Below, in pieces: positions 18,111 to 28,933 of a stretch of 64,000 nt of DNA (position 1 is the stretch's first letter; every line of letters starts with the position of its first letter). This DNA is from Candidatus Colwellbacteria bacterium. Its GTDB lineage: Bacteria; Patescibacteriota; Minisyncoccia; UBA6257; Colwellbacteraceae. The stretch is taken from positions 7,240-71,239 of the forward strand of contig JACOXB010000006.1 in assembly GCA_016176505.1 (NCBI GenBank), given 5' to 3'. The translations under genes were made by a program, and so were the position numbers. Under the pieces are notes generated by a model, which did not search any database, was not told the origin of the DNA, and saw nothing but the letters and a program-made list of their open reading frames with translations.

Positions 18111-19259
18111 ATGACTGGCCGTTCGATAGCGATTCTCCTCTTTCTCTCCGCTCTCGCCCTAGGCGTTTTTTTATTCAAAACTAACTCGATTAAGCTTGAT
18201 TCTCGACCGCTCGGTTTTATCGGAACCCCAGCCGTCGAGGAAGAGCTAAAACAGCTTGAAAATCCGCCAACCGTAGTTAAGGCAGTTTATGCCACAAGCT
18301 GGTCAATGGCCACGCCGAGCAACTTAGGGCACTTGCTTGATTTAATTGATACCACCGAGCTTAACGCCATTGTGATTGATATTAAAGATTATTCAGGGCA
18401 GGTAGCCTACGATACTAATATTCAAGCCCTCGAAGATTATGGCGCCGAAGATATAAGAATCAAAGACATTAATTCTTTAATTAAAGATCTTCATAATCGC
18501 AATGTTTACGTCATTGGCCGGGTCACGGTTTTTCAAGATCCGATTCTCGCGAAGGCTCGACCAGATCTAGCGATTAAAAATAGAGCTGGCGCAACCTGGC
18601 TTGACCATAAAAGTTTAGCTTGGGTTGATCCGGCGAGTCAGGAGGTCTGGGATTATAATATTGCGATTGCGGGAGACGCTTTAGGTCGCGGTTTTGATGA
18701 GATTAATTTTGACTACATTCGTTTTCCTTCTGACGGCAATGTCGACCTACTGGTATATCCGGTTTATGACAAAGATCTTCGAGAGAAACAAGAGATTATT
18801 CGCGATTTCTTTACTTACTTAAGAGCCGGGCTCGAAGGCGAGAAAATTTCAGCTGATCTTTTTGGCCAAACCACTTTTCAAATGGACGATATGGGCATTG
18901 GCCAGATGATTGAAGATGCTTTTATTCATTTTGATTTTGTAAGCCCGATGGTTTATCCGTCGCATTATGCGGCCGGCGTTGGCGGTTATAATAATCCGGC
19001 GCTTTATCCTTACGAGATCGTTAAGTATTCATTAGACGAGGCGATAAGAAGGAGAGGCGCGCTCGCTCTTCAGGATCCGGAAGTCGAATTAGCCGAACTC
19101 CGGCCCTGGCTCCAAGATTTTGATTTAGGCGCGATCTACACTGGGGCTATGATTCGGGAAGAAATGCGAGCCACTGAGGATGCCGCTGGCGAGAATTTCC
19201 GCGGCTGGATGCTTTGGGATCCGTCGAATGTCTATACAAGTGCCGCCCTAAATCCATGA
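18111..19259 (+). CDS. Putative glycoside-hydrolase-like TIM-barrel protein (DUF4015/GHL-like)
   Basis: N-terminal anchor and conserved acidic TIM-barrel motifs. Family assignment is from memory. Confidence 0.5.
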   Translation: MTGRSIAILLFLSALALGVFLFKTNSIKLDSRPLGFIGTPAVEEELKQLENPPTVVKAVYATSWSMATPSNLGHLLDLIDTTELNAIVIDIKDYSGQVAYDTNIQALEDYGAEDIRIKDINSLIKDLHNRNVYVIGRVTVFQDPILAKARPDLAIKNRAGATWLDHKSLAWVDPASQEVWDYNIAIAGDALGRGFDEINFDYIRFPSDGNVDLLVYPVYDKDLREKQEIIRDFFTYLRAGLEGEKISADLFGQTTFQMDDMGIGQMIEDAFIHFDFVSPMVYPSHYAAGVGGYNNPALYPYEIVKYSLDEAIRRRGALALQDPEVELAELRPWLQDFDLGAIYTGAMIREEMRATEDAAGENFRGWMLWDPSNVYTSAALNP

Positions 19260-19996
19260 CCCACTCGACAGGCCTAGGGCAAACTGAATATGAATTTAGC
19301 TTGGGCGAATTCAAAGGACCGCTTGAGAAACTGCTTGAATTAATCGAAGAGCGCGAGCTTGAGATAACGCGGTTGTCGCTCGCTGAAGTCACGGCTGACT
19401 TTCTTAAATATTTAGAATCTTTAACTGATGTTCACCCCCGGGTATTAGCCGATTTCGTGGCTGTGGCTGCCAAGCTGATTCTTGTAAAATCCCAAGCACT
19501 TTTACCTCAATTAGAACTAGCGCCGGAAGAAGAAAAGGAAATTGCTGAGCTTGAGTCAAGGCTTGAATTCCTCGCGCAGTTTCGGGGTGCTGAACGCGAA
19601 TTTAGTACTCTCTGGGGGAAGGAAATCGCAGAGGCGCGGGATTATTTCCTGGGTTTGCCGCCTGGCTTTTACTTTCGCGAAGAACTAACTCCAGCTGACT
19701 TAGAAATCGAAATTAAAAAAATCAGCTCGATTTTAACCGAACAATTTTTGAAAACTGAATCAGTCGAAGTGAAATTAGTAAGTCTCGAAGAGAAAATCGC
19801 CGAGGTTTTAGCTCGGGTAGACAAGGCGATTAAGACCAGTTTTAATGAAATCGCCCGCGGCCGAGCCAAGGAAGAAGTCGTTGTCTTTTTCCTAGCCCTG
19901 CTTCATCTCCTAAAAGAAAGGCTAGTCGAAATAGAGCAGGGCGAACCATTTTCTGAAATCACGGTTAAAACTATTAAGAATAATGGAAGAGAATAA
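19256..19996 (+). CDS. scpA: Segregation and condensation protein A
   Basis: EYEFSLGEFKGPLEKLLELI N-terminus typical of ScpA. ATG at 19256 overlaps the upstream stop (ATGA). Confidence 0.7.
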   Translation: MTHSTGLGQTEYEFSLGEFKGPLEKLLELIEERELEITRLSLAEVTADFLKYLESLTDVHPRVLADFVAVAAKLILVKSQALLPQLELAPEEEKEIAELESRLEFLAQFRGAEREFSTLWGKEIAEARDYFLGLPPGFYFREELTPADLEIEIKKISSILTEQFLKTESVEVKLVSLEEKIAEVLARVDKAIKTSFNEIARGRAKEEVVVFFLALLHLLKERLVEIEQGEPFSEITVKTIKNNGRE

Positions 19997-20549
19997 GGGA
20001 CTCGAAGAATTAGAAGCCCTGCTTTTCTTATATGGCGAACCAGTTAAATTTAAAAAACTGGCTGACACTTTGGGCCGGAAAGAAAATCAAATCCGCGAAG
20101 AGCTCGAACTTTTAAAACAAAACCTTGATCAGGGCGAGAGGGGATTAACCTTAATTATTTATGATGACCGGGTTCAGTTGACCACGAAACCCGAGCTCCA
20201 GCCGCTTATTCAAAAAGTAGTTGAAGCTGAGATGGATACAGGTCTTACTCCGGCAAGCCTCGAAACCCTGACTATTATTGCTTATCTCGGCCCCTGCAGC
20301 CGGGCTCTCGTTGAACATATCCGGGGCGTTAACTCGAGCTTTATTTTAAGAAGCCTTTTAATCCGGGGGCTGGTTGAGCGAAATCCCGATCCCAAGCATC
20401 CGAATACTTATTTTTATCAAGTCACTTTTGATTTTCTCCGGCATATTGGTTTGGATACGCTCGAAAAACTGCCGGATTATGAAAAATATCGCGAATTAGT
20501 TAAGTCTTATTTAGGTCAGGATGAAGCAAGTGAAGCTAGGGGAAATTAG
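19983..20549 (+). CDS. scpB: Segregation and condensation protein B
   Basis: LEALLFLYGEPV winged-helix ScpB signature, immediately after scpA. Confidence 0.7.
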   Translation: MEENKGLEELEALLFLYGEPVKFKKLADTLGRKENQIREELELLKQNLDQGERGLTLIIYDDRVQLTTKPELQPLIQKVVEAEMDTGLTPASLETLTIIAYLGPCSRALVEHIRGVNSSFILRSLLIRGLVERNPDPKHPNTYFYQVTFDFLRHIGLDTLEKLPDYEKYRELVKSYLGQDEASEARGN

Positions 20550-21429
20550 GCCTTTATCTTTCGTCTTGATTGCTACTGTGATTGTTGGCGGTTTTGCTTT
20601 TGGCTTTTTCTCTTGGATAATTTCGGCTCGACCCGAGGAATTGCCGCCAATTAATGAAGATGCGAATTCCCCGCCGCCTCCGGCGACCCCTGAATTAACG
20701 CCTACGCCCAGCGCTCCGGTTATTGAACAAGTCGAGTTGAATGCCGCCGCGGCTTATCTCCTTGACGGGAAAACCCTTTATGAATTTCGAGCTGACAAAC
20801 GTTGGCCCATTGCTTCGGTTACCAAACTGATGACCGCGTTTGTGGCTCGCGAACTTATGTTTGAAGACGAAGTAATCGTGATTACCCCCGAAGCCGTGGC
20901 CGCGACCGGCGCTGCCGGCGGCTTTAGCGCTTATGAAACTTATCGCTTGAGCGAGCTTGAGAAGGCAATGCTGACGGTTTCTTCAAACGACGCCGCCTTG
21001 GCCATTACTCTCCACTGGGGTGAAGCCGATTTTGTAAAAGAAATGAACCGGCAGGCCGCTATTCTCGGCATGAACGAGACGAACTTCAGCGACTCGACCG
21101 GCATCTCGCTCCAGAATCGATCAACTGCTCTTGACCTCTTCCGTTTGGTAAAATTTATCTGGGAGGAGGAACCGGAGATTTTTGAGATTACCCGCCGGCC
21201 ATCGGTGGCGATTACCGATGAGCTTGGCCGGAGCCGAATCCTTAAAAATATTAATATCTTTGCCGGCCGGGCTGATTTTCTCGGCGGGAAAACCGGGTCA
21301 CTACCTGAGGCCCACGGCAACTTGGTTTCGATCTTCAGCCTACCGAATCAAACTTCCCCGGTGATTATCGTGGTTCTTGGCGCCGCTGATCGGTTTGAAG
21401 AAACAAAGGAAATTTTAGCCAAACTTTAA
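20521..21429 (+). CDS. Serine-type D-Ala-D-Ala carboxypeptidase (PBP5-like)
   Basis: SxxK (ASVTKLM), SxN (SSND) and KTG (GKTGS) motifs. Confidence 0.7.
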   Translation: MKQVKLGEIRPLSFVLIATVIVGGFAFGFFSWIISARPEELPPINEDANSPPPPATPELTPTPSAPVIEQVELNAAAAYLLDGKTLYEFRADKRWPIASVTKLMTAFVARELMFEDEVIVITPEAVAATGAAGGFSAYETYRLSELEKAMLTVSSNDAALAITLHWGEADFVKEMNRQAAILGMNETNFSDSTGISLQNRSTALDLFRLVKFIWEEEPEIFEITRRPSVAITDELGRSRILKNINIFAGRADFLGGKTGSLPEAHGNLVSIFSLPNQTSPVIIVVLGAADRFEETKEILAKL

Positions 21430-21435
21430 AACTAA

Positions 21436-22509
21436 ATGTATCAAATTCACTTACTCGCAGTTACCAAATTCCTTTCCTTATTCTTAATTGCTTTTGCCGT
21501 GGCTTTGGCAATCGCGCCAATCCTAATTCACTTTCTTTACAAATATAAAGCCTGGAAAAAGAAGCCCCGGGAAAACGCTCCTGGCGGCGATCCCACACCC
21601 TTCTTTACTAGGTTCCACGCTACTAAAGAGGTTTCCACTCCCCGGATGGGCGGCATTCTAATCTGGAGCACAATCCTTGTCGTTACTGGCATTACTTTTG
21701 TTGCTGGTTACTTTTTCCCGGATTCATTTCTCGGGAGATTAAACTATGTTTCCCGTTCGCAAACTTGGCTGCCGCTTTTTACTCTCGCTTCAGCCTCCTT
21801 GCTTGGCCTGGTTGATGACATTCTCGTTATTAGAAACAAGGGCCATTATATTGCCGGCGGCGTCCGTTTTCGAGTGAGATTAGGTTTAATTCTTCTTATT
21901 ACTCTGGTTGGTGCTTGGTGGTTTTACTCTAAACTTGAGTGGACCAGTATTTACATTCCTTTTTACGGAAATCTCGAAATTGGCGGTTGGCTGATTCCGC
22001 TTTTCATCGGCGTGGTGCTTGCCACTTTTTCCTCAGGCGTGGTTGATGGTTTAGATGGCTTGTCTTCTGGCGTGCTCGGTTCGATTTTCGCTTCTTTCGG
22101 CGTGATTGCCTACGCCAGAGGTCTTTATGATTTAAGCGCTTTAATCATTGTCATCCTCGGCGCGCTGATGACTTATCTTTGGTTTAATGTTCACCCAGCT
22201 AAGTTTTATATGGGCGAGACGGGCATTATGGGGCTTACCGTCACCTTGGCCGTGATTGCCTTCCTAACTAATGCTGTTTTCCTCCTACCAATTATTGGTT
22301 TTGTTTTAGTACTTGAATCTTCATCAGTTATTATTCAGCTTGCAGCCAAGAAGTTCTTTAAACGAAAAGTCTTTTTATCAGCGCCAATTCACCATCATTT
22401 CGAAGCCAAAGGCTGGCCTGAATCTCAAATCACGATGCGTTTCTGGATTCTCTCGGTCGCTTTCTCCGCCCTCGGCCTCGCCATCTTCTTCATCGACAAA
22501 TTTATTTAG
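21436..22509 (+). CDS. mraY: Phospho-N-acetylmuramoyl-pentapeptide transferase
   Basis: About 10 TM helices, DGLDGL and HHHFE motifs. Confidence 0.85.
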   Translation: MYQIHLLAVTKFLSLFLIAFAVALAIAPILIHFLYKYKAWKKKPRENAPGGDPTPFFTRFHATKEVSTPRMGGILIWSTILVVTGITFVAGYFFPDSFLGRLNYVSRSQTWLPLFTLASASLLGLVDDILVIRNKGHYIAGGVRFRVRLGLILLITLVGAWWFYSKLEWTSIYIPFYGNLEIGGWLIPLFIGVVLATFSSGVVDGLDGLSSGVLGSIFASFGVIAYARGLYDLSALIIVILGALMTYLWFNVHPAKFYMGETGIMGLTVTLAVIAFLTNAVFLLPIIGFVLVLESSSVIIQLAAKKFFKRKVFLSAPIHHHFEAKGWPESQITMRFWILSVAFSALGLAIFFIDKFI

Positions 22510-22521
22510 AGAGCCGCTTTT

Positions 22522-22767
22522 ATGAAAAATAAATTTACTGAGATTGCGGGCTGGATTGGTACCGCTCTAGTAATAGCAGCTTATATACTAGTTAGTTTCA
22601 AGGTCCTTCCTGGAGATAGTGTTATTTATCAGTTAATGAATTTACTCGGGGCAATGGGCGTTTTAACGGTTTCTCTTGTGAGGAGAGTGTACCAGCCCGC
22701 AGTGATACAAGTCGTTTGGATTACGGTAGCCCTAGCGGCATTGTTGAGGATCTTTAGGATTATATAA
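22522..22767 (+). CDS. Small membrane protein (hypothetical)
   Basis: 81 aa with 2-3 TM helices. Confidence 0.4.
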   Translation: MKNKFTEIAGWIGTALVIAAYILVSFKVLPGDSVIYQLMNLLGAMGVLTVSLVRRVYQPAVIQVVWITVALAALLRIFRII

Positions 22768-22869
22768 ATGATGTACTATTTTGCTTAGAAATATGCTTTT
22801 GAGCACTGCTATGCTATAGCATAGTGTTGTGACACGTCAAAGCACCTAATTTATTCATCGTTACAAAGA

Positions 22870-22914
22870 TATTATAACATTATGTATAATCACATTATAC
22901 AGAATGTTATAATA
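22870..22914. repeat. AT-rich palindrome family P, copy 2 (variant with central CAC and TATAAT in both arms)
   Basis: tattataacattatgtataat cac attatacagaatgttataata. Confidence 0.6.
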
Positions 22915-22979
22915 ATTATTTTACGTAGTTGCGTATGTAAAAATGAGAAGGACCCGCGGGATGTCCTTCCCAACGGGTC

Positions 22980-23270
22980 CTAGACCAGTGCGCCGAGCTC
23001 GGCGAGAGCCGCTTCGATCTGGTTCTTCTTGACCTTGATGGCGGCCGATGCCGCCTCACGCCGGCCCTGAGCTTTCGCCAGTTCGGCCGCAGCGGACTCC
23101 ACGTTGTAGTACATGTTGTGGTCGTCCCGACGGTGGGTGCCGTCCTTGAGGGCTTGTTGCCAGAAGTCGTAAGACCTCTTGGTCTCGGCGTACTCCACCT
23201 GCAGTTCGATCAGCTCGTTCTGGAGTCGTACGACTTCCAACAGCTTCGCGACCTGCTCGGTCACGTCCAT
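22980..23270 (-). CDS. GC-rich coiled-coil hypothetical protein
   Basis: 96 aa, about 60% GC, heptad-like sequence. Confidence 0.4.
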   Translation of the reverse strand: MDVTEQVAKLLEVVRLQNELIELQVEYAETKRSYDFWQQALKDGTHRRDDHNMYYNVESAAAELAKAQGRREAASAAIKVKKNQIEAALAELGALV

Positions 23271-23504
23271 CTCGATTCCTTTCTGAAGTGCGAAAGCTGC
23301 GAATAGCAGCCATTACCAGACCACCTGATAACCCAGCCAGATTAGCATAAATCTACGATAAGGTCAAGGTATCTAGCTCTTAAAAACGACCCCCTCTCTT
23401 TTCGTAAAACACATCATTTATATAACTTTTATTGACATAGATATAAAAAGGTGATATTTTAAGGGAGTATCGGCTTCCGCTGATATACCCCCAAGAGGGG
23501 GTCC

Positions 23505-23906
23505 TTGTCCCTTAGCAACTCGGAGAGGGACCGGTTGAAGGAGGCAATCGTGTTCGTCGCCTACGGCTTTATCATCAAGCCGGTCAAGGGTCCGTTCTAC
23601 AACCATCCGCCCCTTGGCACGGGCGATATCCTGAAGCTCCGGAAGCTCTTCCCCGACAACCCGATCTGGCAGGCCAGGACCAGTGGGGTCGGCAACGCCT
23701 ACCACCCGACGCCGGAGCAAGCACGTGCCTTCTACTACGCGTTGAAGGCCTACGCCGAGGCGCACGAGGTGAGCAGCGAGCAGTACCCAACTGGCAACAC
23801 CACCGGGCGGTTTCTCGTCTACAGCGATCTCAAGTCTGTCTTCGACGACCTCATCCCCTTCTTCGAGGACGAGCTCGACCTCCCGCGCACAAGGCGCACA
23901 GCCTAA
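23505..23906 (+). CDS. GC-rich hypothetical protein
   Basis: 133-aa ORF, about 60% GC; a hairpin plus T-tract follows at 23945-23970. Confidence 0.4.
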   Translation: MSLSNSERDRLKEAIVFVAYGFIIKPVKGPFYNHPPLGTGDILKLRKLFPDNPIWQARTSGVGNAYHPTPEQARAFYYALKAYAEAHEVSSEQYPTGNTTGRFLVYSDLKSVFDDLIPFFEDELDLPRTRRTA

Positions 23907-24011
23907 CGGCCCGCATGCGGCACAGTCTTATGGAAAGACTCGCCCCGCGTGCGGGTTTTTCCATTTAGAGAGGAAAGGGAACATATCTCTTGGTGTATAA
24001 TTTGAGTTAGA

Positions 24012-25499
24012 ATGAGCCTTTTGCTAAAGGAGGTGCAGGTTGTGGATGGGACGGGTAAGGCGCCATATAAGGCCGATGTTTTAATTCAGAAAAATATTAT
24101 TTCTGCCATCGGCAACCTGAAATCGCGCGGCGCCGCCCGGGTTATTGACGGCCTGGGCGATTATTTAACCCCTGGTTTTATTGATCTTAATACCAATTCT
24201 GACCATTATCTTTCTCTTTTCACTGATCCGGCCCAATCTGACTTAACTTCCCAGGGCGTCACCACTATTTTCGGCGGCCAGTGCGGTTCGTCGCTTGCGC
24301 CGCTTATCTACGGCACTTTGGAATCAATCCGCAAATGGATTGACCCGTACGAGATTAATGTTAACTGGCACACAACTGCTGAATTTTTAAAAAGCCTGGA
24401 ACGAGTTCCGCTCGGCATTAACTTCGGCACTTTGGTTGGCCACTCGACCATTCGCCGGGCTTTGGTTGGTGATGCTAAACGCCGCTTAACCGAATCTGAG
24501 CTTAATGTTTTTAAACGCCTTCTTCGCGAATCCTTAAACCAGGGTGCTTTTGGTTTTTCAACCGGTCTTGGTTATGTTCACGGCAGTGCGGCTTCAAACC
24601 GGGAAATTGAAGAGCTCGTAAAAGTGGTTAAAGAATTTGACGGCGTCTATGCCACTCACTTGCGTCACCAAGGCGAAAAGATTCTTGATTCAGTAAAAGA
24701 AGCAATTGAAATTGCCGAGCGAACCGGCGTCCGCACCATCATTAGTCATTTTCGGCCGGAAAAAGGATTTAGCGAACAATTTGAAAAAGCAGTTGAAAAA
24801 ATTGAAGCAACTCAGGCGGAAATCTATTTTGATGTTTATCCCTTGCCTTACAGTATCGAAACTATTTACACCCTACTGCCAGAGTGGGTGAGGGTCGGTA
24901 GTCTTGAGATGATGCTCGAGCGCGTTAAAAACGGCGGTGTCACGCCATTAATTAAGAAAGATTGGCCGAATTTTAAGGGTGATGAAATTGAAATTGTCGG
25001 GGCGCCGAATCACGAATATTTAGTTGGTAAATCCCTGGCTCGAGTCGCCGAAAGATTAGAGGTCGACCCGGCCGAAGCCCTGATTCAGGTGATGAAAATG
25101 ACTGAACTCCGAGCCACGATTTTGAAGCGCGATATTGATCTGAAAGTTCTGCCGCGGGCGCTCGCGAGTAGCCGCGCTTTTATTGCCTCAAACGGCAATG
25201 CCGTCTTGCCGCCGGGCTTTGTGAAGCCGAAAGAATCGCTTAGTGTATTCCCAAAATTTCTCGAAATAGTACTCCAGAGTAAGTTGATGACGATTGAGTC
25301 AGCTGTTGCTAAGCTCACAACCGAGGCGATTAAGTTTATATCACCGAAGCGGTCATTAGGCAGGGGAGTAATTAAGGAGGGTATGGCGGCTGATTTAGCT
25401 TTAGTGGGTAAGAATAATTACAGCATTAAAAAAGTAATTCTTGGCGGCGAGCTAGTGGACGAAGTAACTGCAAACGGCCAAATCCTTCGCCGTCGTTAG
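24012..25499 (+). CDS. Amidohydrolase-family protein (D-aminoacylase-like)
   Basis: N-terminal beta-sandwich plus TIM-barrel metal-dependent hydrolase layout. The metal-binding HxH is degenerate. Confidence 0.55.
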   Translation: MSLLLKEVQVVDGTGKAPYKADVLIQKNIISAIGNLKSRGAARVIDGLGDYLTPGFIDLNTNSDHYLSLFTDPAQSDLTSQGVTTIFGGQCGSSLAPLIYGTLESIRKWIDPYEINVNWHTTAEFLKSLERVPLGINFGTLVGHSTIRRALVGDAKRRLTESELNVFKRLLRESLNQGAFGFSTGLGYVHGSAASNREIEELVKVVKEFDGVYATHLRHQGEKILDSVKEAIEIAERTGVRTIISHFRPEKGFSEQFEKAVEKIEATQAEIYFDVYPLPYSIETIYTLLPEWVRVGSLEMMLERVKNGGVTPLIKKDWPNFKGDEIEIVGAPNHEYLVGKSLARVAERLEVDPAEALIQVMKMTELRATILKRDIDLKVLPRALASSRAFIASNGNAVLPPGFVKPKESLSVFPKFLEIVLQSKLMTIESAVAKLTTEAIKFISPKRSLGRGVIKEGMAADLALVGKNNYSIKKVILGGELVDEVTANGQILRRR

Positions 25500-25500
25500 A

Positions 25501-26586
25501 ATGGTTAAGTCAAGAAGGGGAAAACCAGATTACCTGATTCTTCTTGTGGCCGGCCTTTTAATTTTAATGGGCTTTGTGGCTCTGGCTTCAGCCTCTTCTG
25601 ATTTGGGCAAGACAAAGTTTGATGATGCTTATTACTATCTAAAACACCAGGCGCTTTACGGTTTTATCCCGGGTGTCTTCGGCTTTCTCATTGGTTACTT
25701 TATTAATTATCGGTTTTTGAAAAAATGGGCCACTTTGATTTTACTCGGCGCTCTTCTGCTTTTACTTTTAGTTTTTTCGCCTTTTGGTTTTACCTCAGGC
25801 GGAGCTCAGCGGTGGATCGATCTCGGCCCGGTTACAATTCAGCCAAGCGAAATTTTAAAAATTGCTTTTGTGATATATCTCGCGGCCTGGCTCTCTTCAG
25901 CTAAGGGTGACCGCCAGAAAAGTCTTCACGAAAGCTTTCTGCCTTTTATTGCTATTTCCGGTTTCATTGGCATAATTCTTTTGATTCAGAAATCAACCAG
26001 CGCCGCTTTTATTCTCCTTGGTGTCGCCTTCGTTCTTTATATGGTCGGCGGGGCTAAATTAAGATACCTCGGCGCTCTGGCTCTAATGGGAGTACTCCTC
26101 TTCGGCGCATCCATTGCTCTTACTGGTTACCGTTTGGAAAGAATTAAAACTTTTATTTCTGGAGAAGGGCAGTCTTATCATATTGAACAAGCTAAAATTG
26201 TGATTGGTTCTGGCGGCATAACCGGAGTAGGTTATGGCCAGTCGCTCTCGAAAGCCTATTTGCCGGAACGAATCGGTGATTCTATCTTCGCCATCATTGC
26301 CGAGGAGTTTGGCTTAATCGGTTCTTTAGTCATTATTTTTCTATTCTTTGCTTTATCTTTACGCAGTTTTATTCTGGCAAGAAGGGCGAGAGATCAGTTC
26401 GGCCGCTTGATTCTTGTCGGCTTCGGCCTGATTATCGGGCTTCAGGCTTTTATTCATATTGCTGCAAACTCTGGCCTGATTCCCTTGACTGGCGTGCCCC
26501 TGCCCTTTATTAGCTACGGCGGTACGGCCCTTGTTGTCTCAATGACCATGATAGGATTAATGTCGAATATCAGCCGGAATATCTAA
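25501..26586 (+). CDS. ftsW: SEDS-family peptidoglycan polymerase (FtsW/RodA)
   Basis: Ten TM helices and conserved SEDS loop motifs, next to murG. Confidence 0.8.
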   Translation: MVKSRRGKPDYLILLVAGLLILMGFVALASASSDLGKTKFDDAYYYLKHQALYGFIPGVFGFLIGYFINYRFLKKWATLILLGALLLLLLVFSPFGFTSGGAQRWIDLGPVTIQPSEILKIAFVIYLAAWLSSAKGDRQKSLHESFLPFIAISGFIGIILLIQKSTSAAFILLGVAFVLYMVGGAKLRYLGALALMGVLLFGASIALTGYRLERIKTFISGEGQSYHIEQAKIVIGSGGITGVGYGQSLSKAYLPERIGDSIFAIIAEEFGLIGSLVIIFLFFALSLRSFILARRARDQFGRLILVGFGLIIGLQAFIHIAANSGLIPLTGVPLPFISYGGTALVVSMTMIGLMSNISRNI

Positions 26587-26626
26587 CGTGTATACAGTAC
26601 CCTGTACCGAGTACCCAGTATAAAGT

Positions 26627-27016
26627 ATGGCGAACGATATAGATAAAATTCAGCGATTCACGGATCTAAATGCCTGGAAAGAGGCCCATAAGTTAAGCTT
26701 GATTATCTACAAGCTAACTGCTAATTTTCCCGCAGAGGAACGTTATTCTTTGATTGATCAGATGAGAAGAGCCGCAGTTTCAGTCACATCGAACATCTCA
26801 GAAGGATTTTCTAGAAATTCAGCAAATGAGAAGAGACGATTTTACTCCATGGCGAAGGGATCGAATATGGAATTACAGAATCAGCTTATTTTAAGTAAAG
26901 ACTTAGGCTATCTCGATGGCGATGAGTTTAAAAAAGCTTTTGAACAATCGGTCAACGTTAATAAGCTAATCAGCGGGTTGTTTAAGGCGGCTGAAAAATT
27001 AGATCATAATAAGTAA
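26627..27016 (+). CDS. Four-helix-bundle protein (the family found in 23S rRNA intervening sequences)
   Basis: LNAWKEAHKL ... AAVSVTSNISEGFSR signature. Confidence 0.7.
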   Translation: MANDIDKIQRFTDLNAWKEAHKLSLIIYKLTANFPAEERYSLIDQMRRAAVSVTSNISEGFSRNSANEKRRFYSMAKGSNMELQNQLILSKDLGYLDGDEFKKAFEQSVNVNKLISGLFKAAEKLDHNK

Positions 27017-27026
27017 TACGAGATAC

Positions 27027-28178
27027 ATGGTACGGAATACAAGGTACAGAATACTATTTACCGGAGGAGGAACGGGCGGCCATATTTATCCTTTAATTGC
27101 TGTTTCGGCCGAGCTCCAAATGGTCGCGGCCCAGAGCGGGCTTGATCTTCACTTGCGCTATTTAGGTTCGGCCGGGTCTTATCGCCAATTGCTTCAGGAT
27201 AATGGCATTAAAGTCGGTAAAATCTGGTCAAGTAAGTTAAGGCGTTATTTTTCTTTTAAAAACTTTATTGATTTTCCCAAGTTTGGCTTGAGTCTAGTTC
27301 AGGCTTTATGGAAAGTTTTTTGGCAAATGCCGGATGTGGTTTTTTCAAAAGGCGGGCCAAGCGCCTTAGCCGTGGTTTTAGCCGCCCGTTTTTATCGGAT
27401 TCCAGTTGTCATTCATGATTCTGATGCGATACCTGGTTTAACTAATCTTATTACTGGCCGTTACGCCCGAGTGATTACCACCTCCTTCCCTGGCGCTAAA
27501 GATTATTTTCGAAAAACCAAAGCCGAAATTATTAATGTTGGGAATCCGGTTCGCCGTTATCTTTTAAGCGAAGAAATTTCCCAAACTTGGGCCAAAAGTT
27601 TCTTAGGTTTTGATCCGAATCAGCCTTTAATTTTAGTCCTTGGCGGTTCTCAAGGCTCGGAGCGAATTAATAATTTTATCGTCGGCATTTTGCCTTCTTT
27701 GCTTCCTTTAAGTCAGGTTCTGCATCAAACTGGCCGGGGCAATTACGACCGGGTAGTCCAGGCTTTTCAAATCGCCTCGGCTGATATCAGCGAAGAGCTT
27801 AAGCGAAAGTACCAGGTTGTTGATTATTTTGAAAAAGATATGCGGATTGCCCTCGGTGCAGCCGATCTTGTGGTTTCCCGGGCTGGTTCGGGTAGTATTT
27901 TTGAAATCGCCGCTTTTGGCCGGCCCTCGATTTTAATTCCTTTGCCCGAAGCGGCGAATGGTCATCAATCTGAAAACGCCGCTGAATACAGTAAAACCGG
28001 CGCGGCCGAAGTGATCGAAGAATCAAATCTCTTGCCCCATCTTTTCTTAAATCAAATCACCGGCTTATTTAACGACCCGAACGAGCTCACTAAAATGAGC
28101 CAGGCCGCCTTTGCTTTTTACAAACCCGACGCGGCCGTAAACATCGCTCAAATCATTCTTCAGGTAAATGCTTCTTGA
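27027..28178 (+). CDS. murG: Undecaprenyldiphospho-muramoylpentapeptide beta-N-acetylglucosaminyltransferase
   Basis: GGGTGGHIYPLIAV N-terminus and GT-B fold. Confidence 0.85.
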   Translation: MVRNTRYRILFTGGGTGGHIYPLIAVSAELQMVAAQSGLDLHLRYLGSAGSYRQLLQDNGIKVGKIWSSKLRRYFSFKNFIDFPKFGLSLVQALWKVFWQMPDVVFSKGGPSALAVVLAARFYRIPVVIHDSDAIPGLTNLITGRYARVITTSFPGAKDYFRKTKAEIINVGNPVRRYLLSEEISQTWAKSFLGFDPNQPLILVLGGSQGSERINNFIVGILPSLLPLSQVLHQTGRGNYDRVVQAFQIASADISEELKRKYQVVDYFEKDMRIALGAADLVVSRAGSGSIFEIAAFGRPSILIPLPEAANGHQSENAAEYSKTGAAEVIEESNLLPHLFLNQITGLFNDPNELTKMSQAAFAFYKPDAAVNIAQIILQVNAS

Positions 28179-28731
28179 TATTGGCGTCGGAATTTTACTA
28201 TCAATTTTTACAAGCAACTTATTTGGCTTATCACTCACTGGCTCCTTTCTAATTAGCGGTATTATCTTTTCTTTATTCGCGGATATTGATTATATCTTCC
28301 ACCTGATAAAAGGAGGCGACTCAAAGAATGCGTACAAGCATCGGTACCTGCTTCATTACCCGCTTTTATATATTCCAGCGGGGATATTTGTGATTTCATT
28401 TTCTAACCCCGATTTGGCTATATTATTTGGATTTTGTTCTTTTGCGCATTTTCTTCACGACAGCATTGGTATCGGCTGGGGCATTCAGTGGCTTTACCCC
28501 TTCAAGAAAGATCACTATATGTTTCTCTATCGTTATACACCTCCCCATAAAGAGCGACTACCATGGCAAATTATTTATATTTGGAGGCACGACGATATCG
28601 ATGCACTTGCTAGAAAATACGGTGATGAAGATTGGATAAGGAATATTTATTGGCGCTGGCATCCATATGCGATTATCGAATTTTTAACCTTTATAATTGC
28701 CCTTATCGTTCTATATTTTTCTATCAGATAA
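28168..28731 (+). CDS. YdjM-like membrane-bound metal-dependent hydrolase (DUF457-like)
   Basis: Multi-TM protein with His-rich motifs (HxxxH, HFLHD). Confidence 0.45.
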   Translation: MLLDIGVGILLSIFTSNLFGLSLTGSFLISGIIFSLFADIDYIFHLIKGGDSKNAYKHRYLLHYPLLYIPAGIFVISFSNPDLAILFGFCSFAHFLHDSIGIGWGIQWLYPFKKDHYMFLYRYTPPHKERLPWQIIYIWRHDDIDALARKYGDEDWIRNIYWRWHPYAIIEFLTFIIALIVLYFSIR

Positions 28732-28933
28732 TACCTGCTCAGTAATCGATTATACCTTTACCAATTTCTTAATCTCTGGTATTAATAATTCAGGAGACAA
28801 CTGGGTCTCATGGATCTTTGAAAGGGGTGAATATTTTGGAGCTTTGGATTATCGTTGTCGGCGCCCTAGTTCTAGTGGTCCTGCTCGCCAATCTCGATCG
28901 AGGAGGTGGCTGGTGGCTGTAAGCGAAAGGACC

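Noticed and set aside
28697-28933. The 5' extension of ORF 28697..29164 overlapping the end of the ydjM-like gene
   Set aside because: The extension overlaps a confident gene in another frame and changes GC abruptly. An internal GTG at 28934 is a more plausible start, if the ORF is real at all.
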